A DNA stretch of 41,894 bases from an uncultured Nitrososphaerota archaeon (GTDB taxonomy: Archaea; Asgardarchaeota; Njordarchaeia; Njordarchaeales; Panguiarchaeaceae): assembly GCA_964636085.1 (NCBI GenBank), contig CAZWPQ010000001.1, forward strand, positions 137,437 to 179,330, read 5' to 3'. Each line of letters begins with the position of its first letter. Within the stretch, counting starts at the first letter, position 1. A model generated the notes under the pieces. That model had not been told where the DNA came from. It saw nothing but the letters and a program-made list of their open reading frames with translations, and searched no databases. A program made the translations under genes and the position numbers. Positions 9,768-18,945 of the stretch are shown in pieces.

Positions 9768-10564
9768 TCCGTTCGTAGGGGATATATCAGGAATTCCCCA
9801 TCCGCTATGTATTTTATCCGTATTTTGCCTGCCTCTCTTTCAAATAATATAGGGTATTTCTCTAGGACTTCTTTAAACTCTTTTAATTCCTCTACATCAT
9901 ATTCTGCCTCATGACAGTAGCCATCCCGAATAGCCTTGGCCCATAAGTCTGCCAATTGGGCACATTCCATTACTATTTCCCCCTCCCTCAACATTTCTAT
10001 AACAACTCTTTTTATGGCGCACATGTCAATCCCTAATGTTTCTGAAAACTGCCGAACCAATTCCCCTACACTCAGCGCGCCTCTTGAAAAAAGGTATGAC
10101 TTTATCATCGATTTTACATCAACACCTAGTTTGGTTGGCCTAATCTTTTTCTCATAAATTATTACATTGAGTGATCTTAGTATTCTTACAATATTTCTCA
10201 GTTTCCACAGACTTATCTTTGCACCTTTCTTATCTAAAAAATACCTAATTAATTTTATTGAGTTCGAAAAAGGGGCATTATACGTCTCTGTAATTGTCTC
10301 TATAATTACTGGATCTATCTCATCTAATATTTCTTTCCTTATAACGTCCAGAAATTCCTCTAGGGATACCTTTTTACACTTTAATTCATCATTACCAATA
10401 ATAAACCCCCAACTTTTCAAGGCTCTCATATATAATTTCGCTGTCAAAAGACTCATACCTTCATTCATTAACATTGCTAATGCATCTTCGCGGCGGATAT
10501 ATGGAGGTAACTTTTGCAGAATCTTGTATGCTTTAGTTACACTAATGGGATATATTTTCGTCAA
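9764..10564 (-). CDS. Hypothetical protein, possibly multiple winged-helix domains
   Basis: 266-aa ORF with repeated wHTH-like endings (LKSWGFI, LRSLNVI, MLREGEI). Confidence 0.55.
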   Translation of the reverse strand: MTKIYPISVTKAYKILQKLPPYIRREDALAMLMNEGMSLLTAKLYMRALKSWGFIIGNDELKCKKVSLEEFLDVIRKEILDEIDPVIIETITETYNAPFSNSIKLIRYFLDKKGAKISLWKLRNIVRILRSLNVIIYEKKIRPTKLGVDVKSMIKSYLFSRGALSVGELVRQFSETLGIDMCAIKRVVIEMLREGEIVMECAQLADLWAKAIRDGYCHEAEYDVEELKEFKEVLEKYPILFEREAGKIRIKYIADGEFLIYPLRTD

Positions 10565-10657
10565 ATAAGCACCCTTGCACTAATAGTTTTAAATCCCTCA
10601 ACTCTAAAGAAAAAGCTTATAAATAGAAATCCTTTTTTGGTTGATAAGGTGATATTA

Positions 10658-11197
10658 TTGAACCCAAAAGCTAACAACAAGAAGGATCTAATTAAGGTTG
10701 TATCTGTTACACCCCTATTCCCAGTAGGCTTTTCGCGAGCACCAATACCCCCTATCGCAGAGTTACATGAACAATTAAGTCGCCCCATAATCGAGCTTAA
10801 ACTTGAAAACAATGATAACTTTAGGTTAATGGGCATACCATATGATATAGCCCTAGAGATATGGAGCTTGCTACGTAGAAAAAGTGGATACAGACGGAGG
10901 CGAGACCCTCGACTATCAATATCGGAATTATTCTGCGAAATCGCCGAAGTCGAGTATATCGTGATAACGGATATCTTGCCAGAATTGGGTGTTTACGTAG
11001 CCGATGCATACATAAAAATTAGGGATTCCAATAATTCTGGTCGCATAGTTAAGTATAAGATGATACCCTCCCATGCGATATTACTTGCCCTCCTTAATAA
11101 TGCGGATATTTATGTTGACAAAAAACTTTTGGTCGAGGAAGAAGGAGAAAAAAGTGAAGATAACGAATTTGACCTTGAGGACATAACTTATTGGTGA
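10658..11197 (+). CDS. DUF151 / bifunctional nuclease domain protein
   Basis: V.ITD....GVYVA...IPSHAILLAL...ADIYV pattern; start assigned to a TTG after GGTGA. Confidence 0.7.
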   Translation: MNPKANNKKDLIKVVSVTPLFPVGFSRAPIPPIAELHEQLSRPIIELKLENNDNFRLMGIPYDIALEIWSLLRRKSGYRRRRDPRLSISELFCEIAEVEYIVITDILPELGVYVADAYIKIRDSNNSGRIVKYKMIPSHAILLALLNNADIYVDKKLLVEEEGEKSEDNEFDLEDITYW

Positions 11198-11763
11198 TAT
11201 CCATACACAATTCTTAATAGTTCTAGATCCCTATACTTCGCTATATTCTTGGGCAGTATCGCATCGTCACCAACATCCCCTTCCTTTGCCCTCAGTATCC
11301 TATTTTTTGTAATGATATAAACATGGCCCCGGCCTATTGGAGATAATATCAGATTGTTATTGCTTCTAAAGGCATTCATATCTAACAGATGTTTCCCAAA
11401 GATGTCTATACACCAGCTATCCATAAGAGATTTATCGAGTCTTTCCATAAGTCCCTTCATCAACCCTTTTGCCATTATTATTCTTGCAAAAATCCCTCCT
11501 TTGTATTGATCTATACCCCCCCATTTTGGATTTTCTCCGTTACATATCAATCCAGAACTAGACTGATCAACTCTTAAACTATACACTATGTTAACGGATA
11601 TGTTTTTTACCCCCTTGATAATTGTAGAAGCTATGAAAAATACTTCATTTTTATCTTCTTTAAAGATTACCTTTGGGGCGGGGTTTATATAAAAATCCCA
11701 TTCTAACACCTTACACATATCCATGATATTATCTAGGATGAATTTGATTACGTATTTCATCAT
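11188..11763 (-). CDS. Hypothetical protein
   Basis: 191-aa ORF co-oriented downstream of uS4; no motif recognised. Confidence 0.6.
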   Translation of the reverse strand: MMKYVIKFILDNIMDMCKVLEWDFYINPAPKVIFKEDKNEVFFIASTIIKGVKNISVNIVYSLRVDQSSSGLICNGENPKWGGIDQYKGGIFARIIMAKGLMKGLMERLDKSLMDSWCIDIFGKHLLDMNAFRSNNNLILSPIGRGHVYIITKNRILRAKEGDVGDDAILPKNIAKYRDLELLRIVYGYHQ

Positions 11764-11805
11764 TAATCAAAATCAAAATATAGGAATTATTAGAAGAGGC
11801 AGAAA

Positions 11806-12330
11806 TTATTGGCTTGAAGACTCAGCTTCTTCCATTTTCTTTTCTGATAGCATCTTGGCAAATGGCGATCTCGGAGACAATTCCACTATATCATCTCTCC
11901 TAACAAGGTATGATGGCGACGTAACGATGCGACCATTCACCATTATGTGCCTGTGGACCACCATTTGTCTGGCTTGATGAGGAGTTTTTGCTATCCCCAA
12001 TCTCCATACGACTGACTGTAATCTTCTTTCGAGAATGTCTTCAACTTTAAGTCTAAGTACGTCATCTAGAGTCGCATCCTTATCTAATATGCCTAGCTTG
12101 TATAGCTTATCAATAAGAGCAGCCTCATCTTGGACTCTTTCTTCGGGGGGTATAGCCAATAGTCTTCTAGCTCTTCTTCTAAATTCCGATAGTAATGTTT
12201 TAGCTCTCCATAGCTCCCTCTTATTCCTAAGCCCATAATACCCAACTAATTTTATTTCTTCTATGAGTCTATCTCTTTCAAATGGCTTTCTCGGCGTTTT
12301 ATACTTCTTTCGTAGTCTTCTCATAGCCAC
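11806..12330 (-). CDS. rps4: 30S ribosomal protein uS4
   Basis: YGLRNKRELW, LERRLQSVV, ARQMVVHRHI, PSYLV. Confidence 0.97.
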   Translation of the reverse strand: MAMRRLRKKYKTPRKPFERDRLIEEIKLVGYYGLRNKRELWRAKTLLSEFRRRARRLLAIPPEERVQDEAALIDKLYKLGILDKDATLDDVLRLKVEDILERRLQSVVWRLGIAKTPHQARQMVVHRHIMVNGRIVTSPSYLVRRDDIVELSPRSPFAKMLSEKKMEEAESSSQ

Positions 12331-12831
12331 CTACCTCTTTAAGTGGTGTATTATGGCTCTGGGTCTTGTTCTACCTAGTCTCTGCCCCCTTACTTTTAGG
12401 CCCTTAGAGTGTCTTATTCCCCTCCAGCTACTTAAATTTATCATCTGCTCAATATCTCTCTTTATTTGAAGCGTTAAGGAACTAGCTATTAGATGCTTGT
12501 CCTCCCCCGTGGTGCGATCTCTTCGTCTATTCACTAGCCAGCTGGGCACACCATACTTAGTGGGATTTCTTACGGCATCATCAATTTTTGCTATTTCTTC
12601 ATCATCGAGTTTTCCCAACAGAATGCGTGGATCTAGCCCAAGTTTCTTTATAATAGCATTTGCTAGAGTTACGCCTACTCCAAGGACTTTCTTCAATGCA
12701 TATAGCAACGGTATATCGCCAGGAATGTCAGTATCACCTACCCTTACGATCTCCCTGAAGCCTTCTGGTTTTAGGAATTCCTTTATGAATGTCTCTGGAA
12801 CCTTGTATTTTCCTTTCTTTTTAGGCATCAT
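12331..12831 (-). CDS. rps13: 30S ribosomal protein uS13
   Basis: VRVGDTDIPG, PSWLVNRRRD, SWRGIRH.GLKVRGQR. Confidence 0.96.
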   Translation of the reverse strand: MMPKKKGKYKVPETFIKEFLKPEGFREIVRVGDTDIPGDIPLLYALKKVLGVGVTLANAIIKKLGLDPRILLGKLDDEEIAKIDDAVRNPTKYGVPSWLVNRRRDRTTGEDKHLIASSLTLQIKRDIEQMINLSSWRGIRHSKGLKVRGQRLGRTRPRAIIHHLKR

Positions 12832-12956
12832 GCTACACCATAATTACTAAAACCAAATTCCATGTTTGTCTTCCATAGATTAAATTTATATTTATATTTA
12901 AGCATTACCCTAGAGATCATTGTTACATGGTTATCACGTGATGTTGCATACTCATC

Positions 12957-13613
12957 TTATAGAGCTTCAATCTTATGTGACAATTTAGATACATGTCTAA
13001 TTAAGACTATCGTCAAAAGAACTTGCAACAACACCTCCAACATTACTAGATCTATCTTACCCGTAATCAATATAATCTGGGAAAATCCCAATGGGATGAA
13101 AAACAGGGCAAAAATCATTATGCTTATATTTTCCTCGAGCCTAGATGTGATCATATTAATTATATCTATAGTCTCCTCACACTTTCTAGAGGTAAATTCT
13201 GAGATAAATTCTGACGATTCTAAAACAATTCGACCCTCCAGAGCGTCGCGGATAGGTTCTATTCGATTAATTATCATCTTGGATTTTTGATTATTAATTT
13301 TATTTATCCGCGCACCATGCAGGATATATAAGTTTATTTCCTTTATGATTTCTCTAGCCACCCTCGAGTCCCTAGCTAGTTCTTCTAGGACTTTAAGTGA
13401 TAAATCCATAGAATAGGTGCCTGCAACTATAGCATAAAAAATGTAACCTATTATTTCACACTCAATGTTACTATTGATTTTTTCTGCGATATCATTTACC
13501 CTCTCTTTGTACATATTTATCAAATATAGATCGAAGCAAAGTAGCATTATGATTATCAATGCTATTATTGTATATGACAATTTTCCATTCTCCTTCGTAC
13601 ATTGATATTTCAT
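12957..13613 (-). CDS. Membrane protein, TadB/TadC (T2SSF)-like platform candidate
   Basis: N-terminal TM, helical soluble middle, two C-terminal TMs (IMIFALFFIPLG). ATG overlaps the upstream stop (TGATG). Confidence 0.5.
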   Translation of the reverse strand: MKYQCTKENGKLSYTIIALIIIMLLCFDLYLINMYKERVNDIAEKINSNIECEIIGYIFYAIVAGTYSMDLSLKVLEELARDSRVAREIIKEINLYILHGARINKINNQKSKMIINRIEPIRDALEGRIVLESSEFISEFTSRKCEETIDIINMITSRLEENISIMIFALFFIPLGFSQIILITGKIDLVMLEVLLQVLLTIVLIRHVSKLSHKIEAL

Positions 13614-13918
13614 CACGGCAACGATGGTGCCGTCGACACCAACAGCAGTATTATACCTTTGACTATATTTTTCTTTCCGCCATGTTCGTTCCATCCTGTC
13701 ATCCACTCGATCACCCCCCATATTATTAGAAACGCACCTATAAACATTGCGACATAGACGAGATACAAAAAAGCTTTCTTAAGGATATTAAGTAAATATG
13801 ACGGTAGTGACTTCCATGATTCTAATATTTCATCAACATCTTCATACTCCGTATTTTGACTCGTGGTCCTTGATCTGTAATATAAGACCATCAACAAAGT
13901 TTTGGTGGGGCTTAACAA
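13613..13918 (-). CDS. Small two-TM protein, TrbC/VirB2 (T4SS pilin)-like
   Basis: VAMFIGAFLIIWGVIEWMTG-WNEHG-GKKNIVKGIILLLV helical hairpin with a basic loop. Confidence 0.55.
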   Translation of the reverse strand: MLSPTKTLLMVLYYRSRTTSQNTEYEDVDEILESWKSLPSYLLNILKKAFLYLVYVAMFIGAFLIIWGVIEWMTGWNEHGGKKNIVKGIILLLVSTAPSLP

Positions 13919-13940
13919 TTTTATCTACCAATCTAATTTT

Positions 13941-14114
13941 TTATGGCAGTTCTTCCGCCAAGCTATTTATCCAGTCTATTATCTGACCAACGATTGAGAC
14001 AATCACAACAAATATTATAATAGCCAGGCCTATCAATAAACCTTCCTCAACCAATGGCGACCCACGTCTATCCTTGATGAACTCAATTAGCTTCCTCTTA
14101 ATTTGGTTAATCAT
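13941..14114 (-). CDS. Flp-like type IV pilin with class III signal peptide (57 aa, absent from ORF track)
   Basis: Hand translation: MINQIKRKLIEFIKDRRG/SPLVEEGLLIGLAIIIFVVIVSIVGQIIDWINSLAEELP*. Glu at +5; SD GGAGGTGGTGA upstream. Confidence 0.85.
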   Translation of the reverse strand: MINQIKRKLIEFIKDRRGSPLVEEGLLIGLAIIIFVVIVSIVGQIIDWINSLAEELP

Positions 14115-14302
14115 TGATTTCTCACCACCTCCCTAAACTAATAGTTTCACTTAACACAATAAGCATGCATATTCCACTAAGAACCGCTAATGAAATCCTA
14201 ATTGGCACGATCAGATATACTTTCTCCCTGCCTTCACATAAATAATTAGTCTTAAATACCTTGATTTCTATCTACCATAGCGGAATATTTGGTGATGAAT
14301 CT

Positions 14303-15949
14303 ATGGCTGCTGAGAAGAGACAGGCTATCCCAGTATTGGTGTTGAAGGAGGGGACAAGACGTGCATATGGTAGCGAGGCCCTTAGAAATAATATCCTTGC
14401 CGCAACTACTTTGGCTCGAATGATGAAAACGAGCCTGGGGCCTCGAGGCCTCGACAAAATGCTTGTCGACCAATTTGGCGACGTAGTTATTACAAATGAT
14501 GGAGCAACGATACTAGACGAAATTGATATTGTTCACCCAGCAGCCAAATTCCTCTCGAAATTATCCAAGACACAAGACATTGAAGTGGGTGATGGAACAA
14601 CATCTGTTGTTGTTTTAGCTGGTGAGCTTCTCAATAAGGCTGAAGATCTATTAAACAATGATATCCATCCAACGAAAATAATAGATGGCTATCTAATGGC
14701 TTTTAACAAAGCCTTGGATATTCTAAATGAGCTAGCAATCCAAGTTGACCCAGAAAATAGAGAACAAGTATTAAAGGTTGCAAAAACTACAATAGCGACA
14801 AAATCAATTGCGCCATATGCGGATCATTTTGCCAATGTGGCTTATGATGCTATAAAAGCCATCACATACGTTGAGAATGGTAAGAAAAAAATCCCAATAG
14901 ACGACATAAAAATTGAAAAGAAAGAGGGCGGCACCCTCACAGATACCGAGTTAATTTATGGCATCGTATTAGACAAGGAAATCGTGCATCATAGGATGCC
15001 AAGGAAAGTTGAGGATGCAAAAATAGCTCTGATTTCGTATCCATTGGAGCTGGAAAAGAGCGAATTCGCAGATGTTCACATACTGGCTGCTAAACAATCA
15101 ATAGATACCCTTCTACGTTGGGAAAAAGAAAAACTGCAAGAGATGGCCCAAAAAATCATCAACACCGGCGCCAATGTCGTCATTTGCCAAAAGGGTATTG
15201 ACGATATTGTTCAACATTATCTTGCGACACATAGAATACTAGCTGTTCGAAGAGTCAAAAAGAGTGATATGGAGAAAATCGCACGGGCGACTGGAGCAAA
15301 GATTATCCAAAATGAGGACTTCCTCAGCTCTGATGCCCTAGGATACGCCAGGATTGTTGAGGAACGCAAGGTTGGAGATGAAACAATGATATTCATAAGA
15401 GGAGCTAAGAATCCTAAGGCGGTCTCTGTTCTTATTAGGGGTGGATCCAAACTAATTGTAGAAGAAGCTGAAAGGAACTTTAAAGATATGCTATACTCCA
15501 TCCGAAACGTTGTCCTCGAGCCAAAAATAGTCCCTGCAGGTGGAGCTCCAGAGATGGCTCTAGCAACCAGACTTAGAGAATATGCTGAAAAGGAACTAAG
15601 TGGTCGACCAAGCCTTGTCGTCAAGGCCTTTGCCGATGCACTAGAAATAATACCAAGTACACTAATTGAAACGGCTGGACTAGACCCCATCGAAGACCTT
15701 AACAAACTTAGAACATATCATGCCCAGGGTAAACATACATACGGCGTAGACGTTATAAATGGCCGCCTTGCCGATATGACAACCCTAGGGTTTTATGATC
15801 CATTCATAGTTAAAAAGAACGCACTTGCATCCGCAGTAGAGGCCGCCGTGATGTTACTTCGAATAGATGACATCATAGCTGCCAAGGAAGCATTTGAATT
15901 AAAGGGAGAGAAAGAATCAGAAGTAGAAGAGAAGGAAGAAGAATTCTAA
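14303..15949 (+). CDS. ths: Thermosome (group II chaperonin) subunit
   Basis: [30 protein letters not shown]. Start set at the ATG 14303 after GGTGA. Confidence 0.97.
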   Translation: MAAEKRQAIPVLVLKEGTRRAYGSEALRNNILAATTLARMMKTSLGPRGLDKMLVDQFGDVVITNDGATILDEIDIVHPAAKFLSKLSKTQDIEVGDGTTSVVVLAGELLNKAEDLLNNDIHPTKIIDGYLMAFNKALDILNELAIQVDPENREQVLKVAKTTIATKSIAPYADHFANVAYDAIKAITYVENGKKKIPIDDIKIEKKEGGTLTDTELIYGIVLDKEIVHHRMPRKVEDAKIALISYPLELEKSEFADVHILAAKQSIDTLLRWEKEKLQEMAQKIINTGANVVICQKGIDDIVQHYLATHRILAVRRVKKSDMEKIARATGAKIIQNEDFLSSDALGYARIVEERKVGDETMIFIRGAKNPKAVSVLIRGGSKLIVEEAERNFKDMLYSIRNVVLEPKIVPAGGAPEMALATRLREYAEKELSGRPSLVVKAFADALEIIPSTLIETAGLDPIEDLNKLRTYHAQGKHTYGVDVINGRLADMTTLGFYDPFIVKKNALASAVEAAVMLLRIDDIIAAKEAFELKGEKESEVEEKEEEF

Positions 15950-15992
15950 ATTAAAAACTTTTTGCAACCAAATTTTTTTCTAAATAATTTTT
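15950..15992. terminator. Oligo-T tract terminator region between convergent genes
   Basis: T7, T8 and T5 runs right after the thermosome stop. Confidence 0.5.
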
Positions 15993-16478
15993 CTAAGGAG
16001 CTACCTCGCTTATCTTCTTTGCCAAGAGATCCGAGTACATTCCCAAATCTCTCAGCACCACACCTAACCTAGCACCTGGCCTAGCTATAGCCGCAAGCGC
16101 ATGACCTTCACCGCACCTAGTTATACATAAGAAACCATTTGAGGTTCTAGCTATGACCTGCCTGACATGACCTAAGTTTAGACCTATACTCTCCCGCTCA
16201 GATGCTGCAAATAGTCCCCAGATATTAGCACTAGCAACTATTAAAAATTCCTCCGAGGCCGATTTTTCTTCCCTAGTTACATAATCAACTGGCATTCCTG
16301 CAGAATCAACTAGAAAACATGATATTAAATCTGGATTCTCGTTAACCAATTTCTCTAAGTGCGGATGAACAATAAGTTGCAGTTCCTCTGTAGGTCCTGC
16401 AGATATTTCCTTAAAGAACACAGCCCTAAGTGCCTCTAACTCCTCAGGACTTAATTCTTTTAACTCCTCATCAGACAT
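15993..16478 (-). CDS. Roadblock/LC7 (MglB-like) protein #2
   Basis: LVDSAGMPV...LGHVRQVIART.NG...LAAIARPGARLGVV; acidic N-terminal extension. Confidence 0.9.
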   Translation of the reverse strand: MSDEELKELSPEELEALRAVFFKEISAGPTEELQLIVHPHLEKLVNENPDLISCFLVDSAGMPVDYVTREEKSASEEFLIVASANIWGLFAASERESIGLNLGHVRQVIARTSNGFLCITRCGEGHALAAIARPGARLGVVLRDLGMYSDLLAKKISEVAP

Positions 16479-16558
16479 CTAATCAACACCAGACTCTACA
16501 TTATTAGTCATCGTATTATATGCGAATAAATATTTTATAATAATAACTGTATGTAAGG

Positions 16559-16607
16559 GTGATGAAGGAACGACCGGTCTGATAATGATGACAGCCTGGA
16601 GCTCTGA
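16559..16607 (+). ncRNA. Box C/D guide sRNA 1
   Basis: C GTGATGA 16559, D' CTGA 16579, C' ATGATGA 16585, D CTGA 16604; guides of 13 and 12 nt; intergenic. Confidence 0.9.
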
Positions 16608-16649
16608 TAACATTAGTTCCATTCATACTGTTAATTTATTTAGATGTAT

Positions 16650-16706
16650 ATGATGATAACCCGGCAAGCCAGAGCCTTAGGCGATGAAGAATCATAGTTA
16701 CGCTGA
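16650..16706 (+). ncRNA. Box C/D guide sRNA 2 (23S H69/H71 region)
   Basis: C ATGATGA 16650, D' CAGA 16670, C' ATGAAGA 16684, D CTGA 16703; guides complementary to the conserved CUUGCCGGGU and GUAACUAUGA. Confidence 0.9.
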
Positions 16707-16828
16707 TCCGTCTACGACATCATTTAATCCTACTGGTGTATATATACCTAGGGCACCATAATAGGATTAATATAACATTAAAAATATTCCTTTGATATCT
16801 ATATTGGAGACGATAGTATAACTTAATC

Positions 16829-16919
16829 GCCCCGGTGGTGTAGACGGCCAAGCATTCCGGCCTTTCAACAGAGAGAAGCCAGCCGGGGATCGCGGGTTCA
16901 AATCCCGCCCGGGGCACCA
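16829..16919 (+). tRNA. tRNA-Glu(UUC), 13-nt intron at 37/38 (16868-16880), encoded CCA
   Basis: Cloverleaf with GCCCCGG/CCGGGGC acceptor, CCGGC-CT-TTC-A[intron]A-GCCGG anticodon arm, TTCAAAT loop. Confidence 0.93.
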
Positions 16920-17004
16920 TAACTACAATCCTAGAGACCTCATTTACTTTAGGGTAAAGAAACCTTTAGAGTAAAAAGCATCTAGCCTATAATGGCGTTT
17001 AGTT

Positions 17005-17994
17005 ATGTTTAAATGGCTACTTGAATTCCTCGATATCGATATCAATGATGTGTTTGTCGGTAAAACGGTCAACGAGGAGATTTATGGCGGGTACATCATT
17101 TCGAGATCTTCTAGATATTACATCAATAAAGGAATCTTAGTCTACTTTAATAAACGCAATTATGCCAAATATAGAAGAATAATTATAGCCTATAGGCTCA
17201 TCCCACCTGACTTCTGGAGAGAGAATAAAAGTGATTGGTATATACACCTAAGGAAATTCCACAAAACAATTCTGTTAGAAGGGATCAAGAAATTAGACAA
17301 AACCTCCTTGAATATTCTCTCTATTGGCTGTGGGTCAGGTTGGGAAATATGGACTTTATCTAAATATCTCCAAACCCTCAGTAAGGACTATAAAATCATT
17401 GGATGCGATATTGCACTTAAACCACTACAAGTGGCTTGGAATAAAGCACGAAGACAAAAACATAATAATATTGATTTCATCTGCTGTTCCGCAGAGACAT
17501 TGCCTTTTAAGGATAATACTTTTGATTTAGTCACAGCAATTTTCGGCGCACTAGATCACTCAATCAACTATGTTAGGTCATTCATAGAGGCCGCAAGAGT
17601 TCTTAAGAGTGGTGGCATTTTTGTTGCCACTGTAATAAATAGATTTGCTCTAGAATGGATTTTAAAAGTGATACGAAACCCCAGATTGTTCATCAAGACA
17701 ATAAAATTTGCAGGGCATACCCACGCTCGAATACGAATACCACTCGGGGGGCACTATATAAGCATCCCTACGCATTTCTATAATGCTCTAGAAATCAAGC
17801 AAATATTAGATAGAGCAGGTCTGCAGAGGAAAAAATTTTTAGGCGTTTTTATAATTTTACCACTTAACTTTAAAAGAAAGAAATTTTCAAGACTGGATCA
17901 ACTACTATCCAAAATCGATAAACATTGTTGGAACATCCCAATACTCAACTATCTTGGGAGATACATTGGGATCATCGCGCAGAAGGTTTCCTAA
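17005..17994 (+). CDS. Class I SAM-dependent methyltransferase
   Basis: ILSIGCGSG, GCDIA, AETLPFKDNTFD, RVLKSGG. Confidence 0.9.
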   Translation: MFKWLLEFLDIDINDVFVGKTVNEEIYGGYIISRSSRYYINKGILVYFNKRNYAKYRRIIIAYRLIPPDFWRENKSDWYIHLRKFHKTILLEGIKKLDKTSLNILSIGCGSGWEIWTLSKYLQTLSKDYKIIGCDIALKPLQVAWNKARRQKHNNIDFICCSAETLPFKDNTFDLVTAIFGALDHSINYVRSFIEAARVLKSGGIFVATVINRFALEWILKVIRNPRLFIKTIKFAGHTHARIRIPLGGHYISIPTHFYNALEIKQILDRAGLQRKKFLGVFIILPLNFKRKKFSRLDQLLSKIDKHCWNIPILNYLGRYIGIIAQKVS

Positions 17995-17998
17995 TTAA

Positions 17999-18841
17999 TC
18001 ATTCGATTTTTATTACCTCCTCGGAGGATACATCATAAATTTTCATAATATATAGCTCCTCCTCCTTGAAATACCCCTTCAAAACAACCTGTCTATTCAC
18101 AATGGACTCATATGGCAACTCCTTGAAATATACTGCTGGAAATACTCCCGACGCATCGCTTAGCATAAATCTCCATATTTTCTCCGATTTTGGCATATCT
18201 ATTTCGCCATGCTCTGGGCAAATCCATCTATCATCAACCATATCAACCGCTTTACCACATAATGGACATGCTGAGTACTCAGTTTTTGTTTGATCTAGCA
18301 CTATAGCTCTTACCAACCATGCCCCCTTACTTTCTTTTAGACTTTTAAGGGAAGACGCCCACGCAGGGTTTAACTCCTGGAGAGGAGGAATTGTAGAATC
18401 GTCCAATATTTTAATTGTAGATCTCTCAGTTATTTTTATCCCAGAGTACTTTTCCAATTTAGCCCGCGTATACCCCCTAATAAGTAAAGGCTTATCCTCA
18501 TTAGCTCTTAGCAAATTTACGTGATGCTCGCCAAAAGCTACTCCTTGTATCCTTTGATTCTCGTTAACAACTGCAAAAAGCACAAATGGTGTTGTGCCTG
18601 AAGGGCTCTTTGCCTTTCTAACAGGACCCACCTCTATCAAGCGTCCAATAATTGGTGGATACATTATGTCTAGTGTATCTACACCGAATTTTTTAGCTAC
18701 TAAAATGGCGGCGGCTCTTCTATTTATTCTTCCCTCATTTAGCTCGTATATTCTCTCTACAAGCTCCTCAAATTCATCCCTACTCAAACCAGCACTCGAT
18801 CTAACCAGCTCATAAATATCGTCATAACTCTCTTGATTCAT
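17999..18841 (-). CDS. RPA-like OB-fold ssDNA-binding protein with Zn ribbon
   Basis: N-terminal helical AAAILVAKKFGV, OB fold, CPLC...CPEHG, LSDASG. Confidence 0.75.
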   Translation of the reverse strand: MNQESYDDIYELVRSSAGLSRDEFEELVERIYELNEGRINRRAAAILVAKKFGVDTLDIMYPPIIGRLIEVGPVRKAKSPSGTTPFVLFAVVNENQRIQGVAFGEHHVNLLRANEDKPLLIRGYTRAKLEKYSGIKITERSTIKILDDSTIPPLQELNPAWASSLKSLKESKGAWLVRAIVLDQTKTEYSACPLCGKAVDMVDDRWICPEHGEIDMPKSEKIWRFMLSDASGVFPAVYFKELPYESIVNRQVVLKGYFKEEELYIMKIYDVSSEEVIKIE

Positions 18842-18945
18842 ATCAAATCAACCATCTAAGCCTATCAACCCATGAAAAATAATTAAAGGAATTACTTAAT
18901 TTTATTCAGGAAAAACGTATTATCAATGAACTACGTGATATACCG

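Noticed and set aside
16720-16920. 66-aa ORF MVPRAGFEPA...
   Set aside because: It is the antisense reading of tRNA-Glu.
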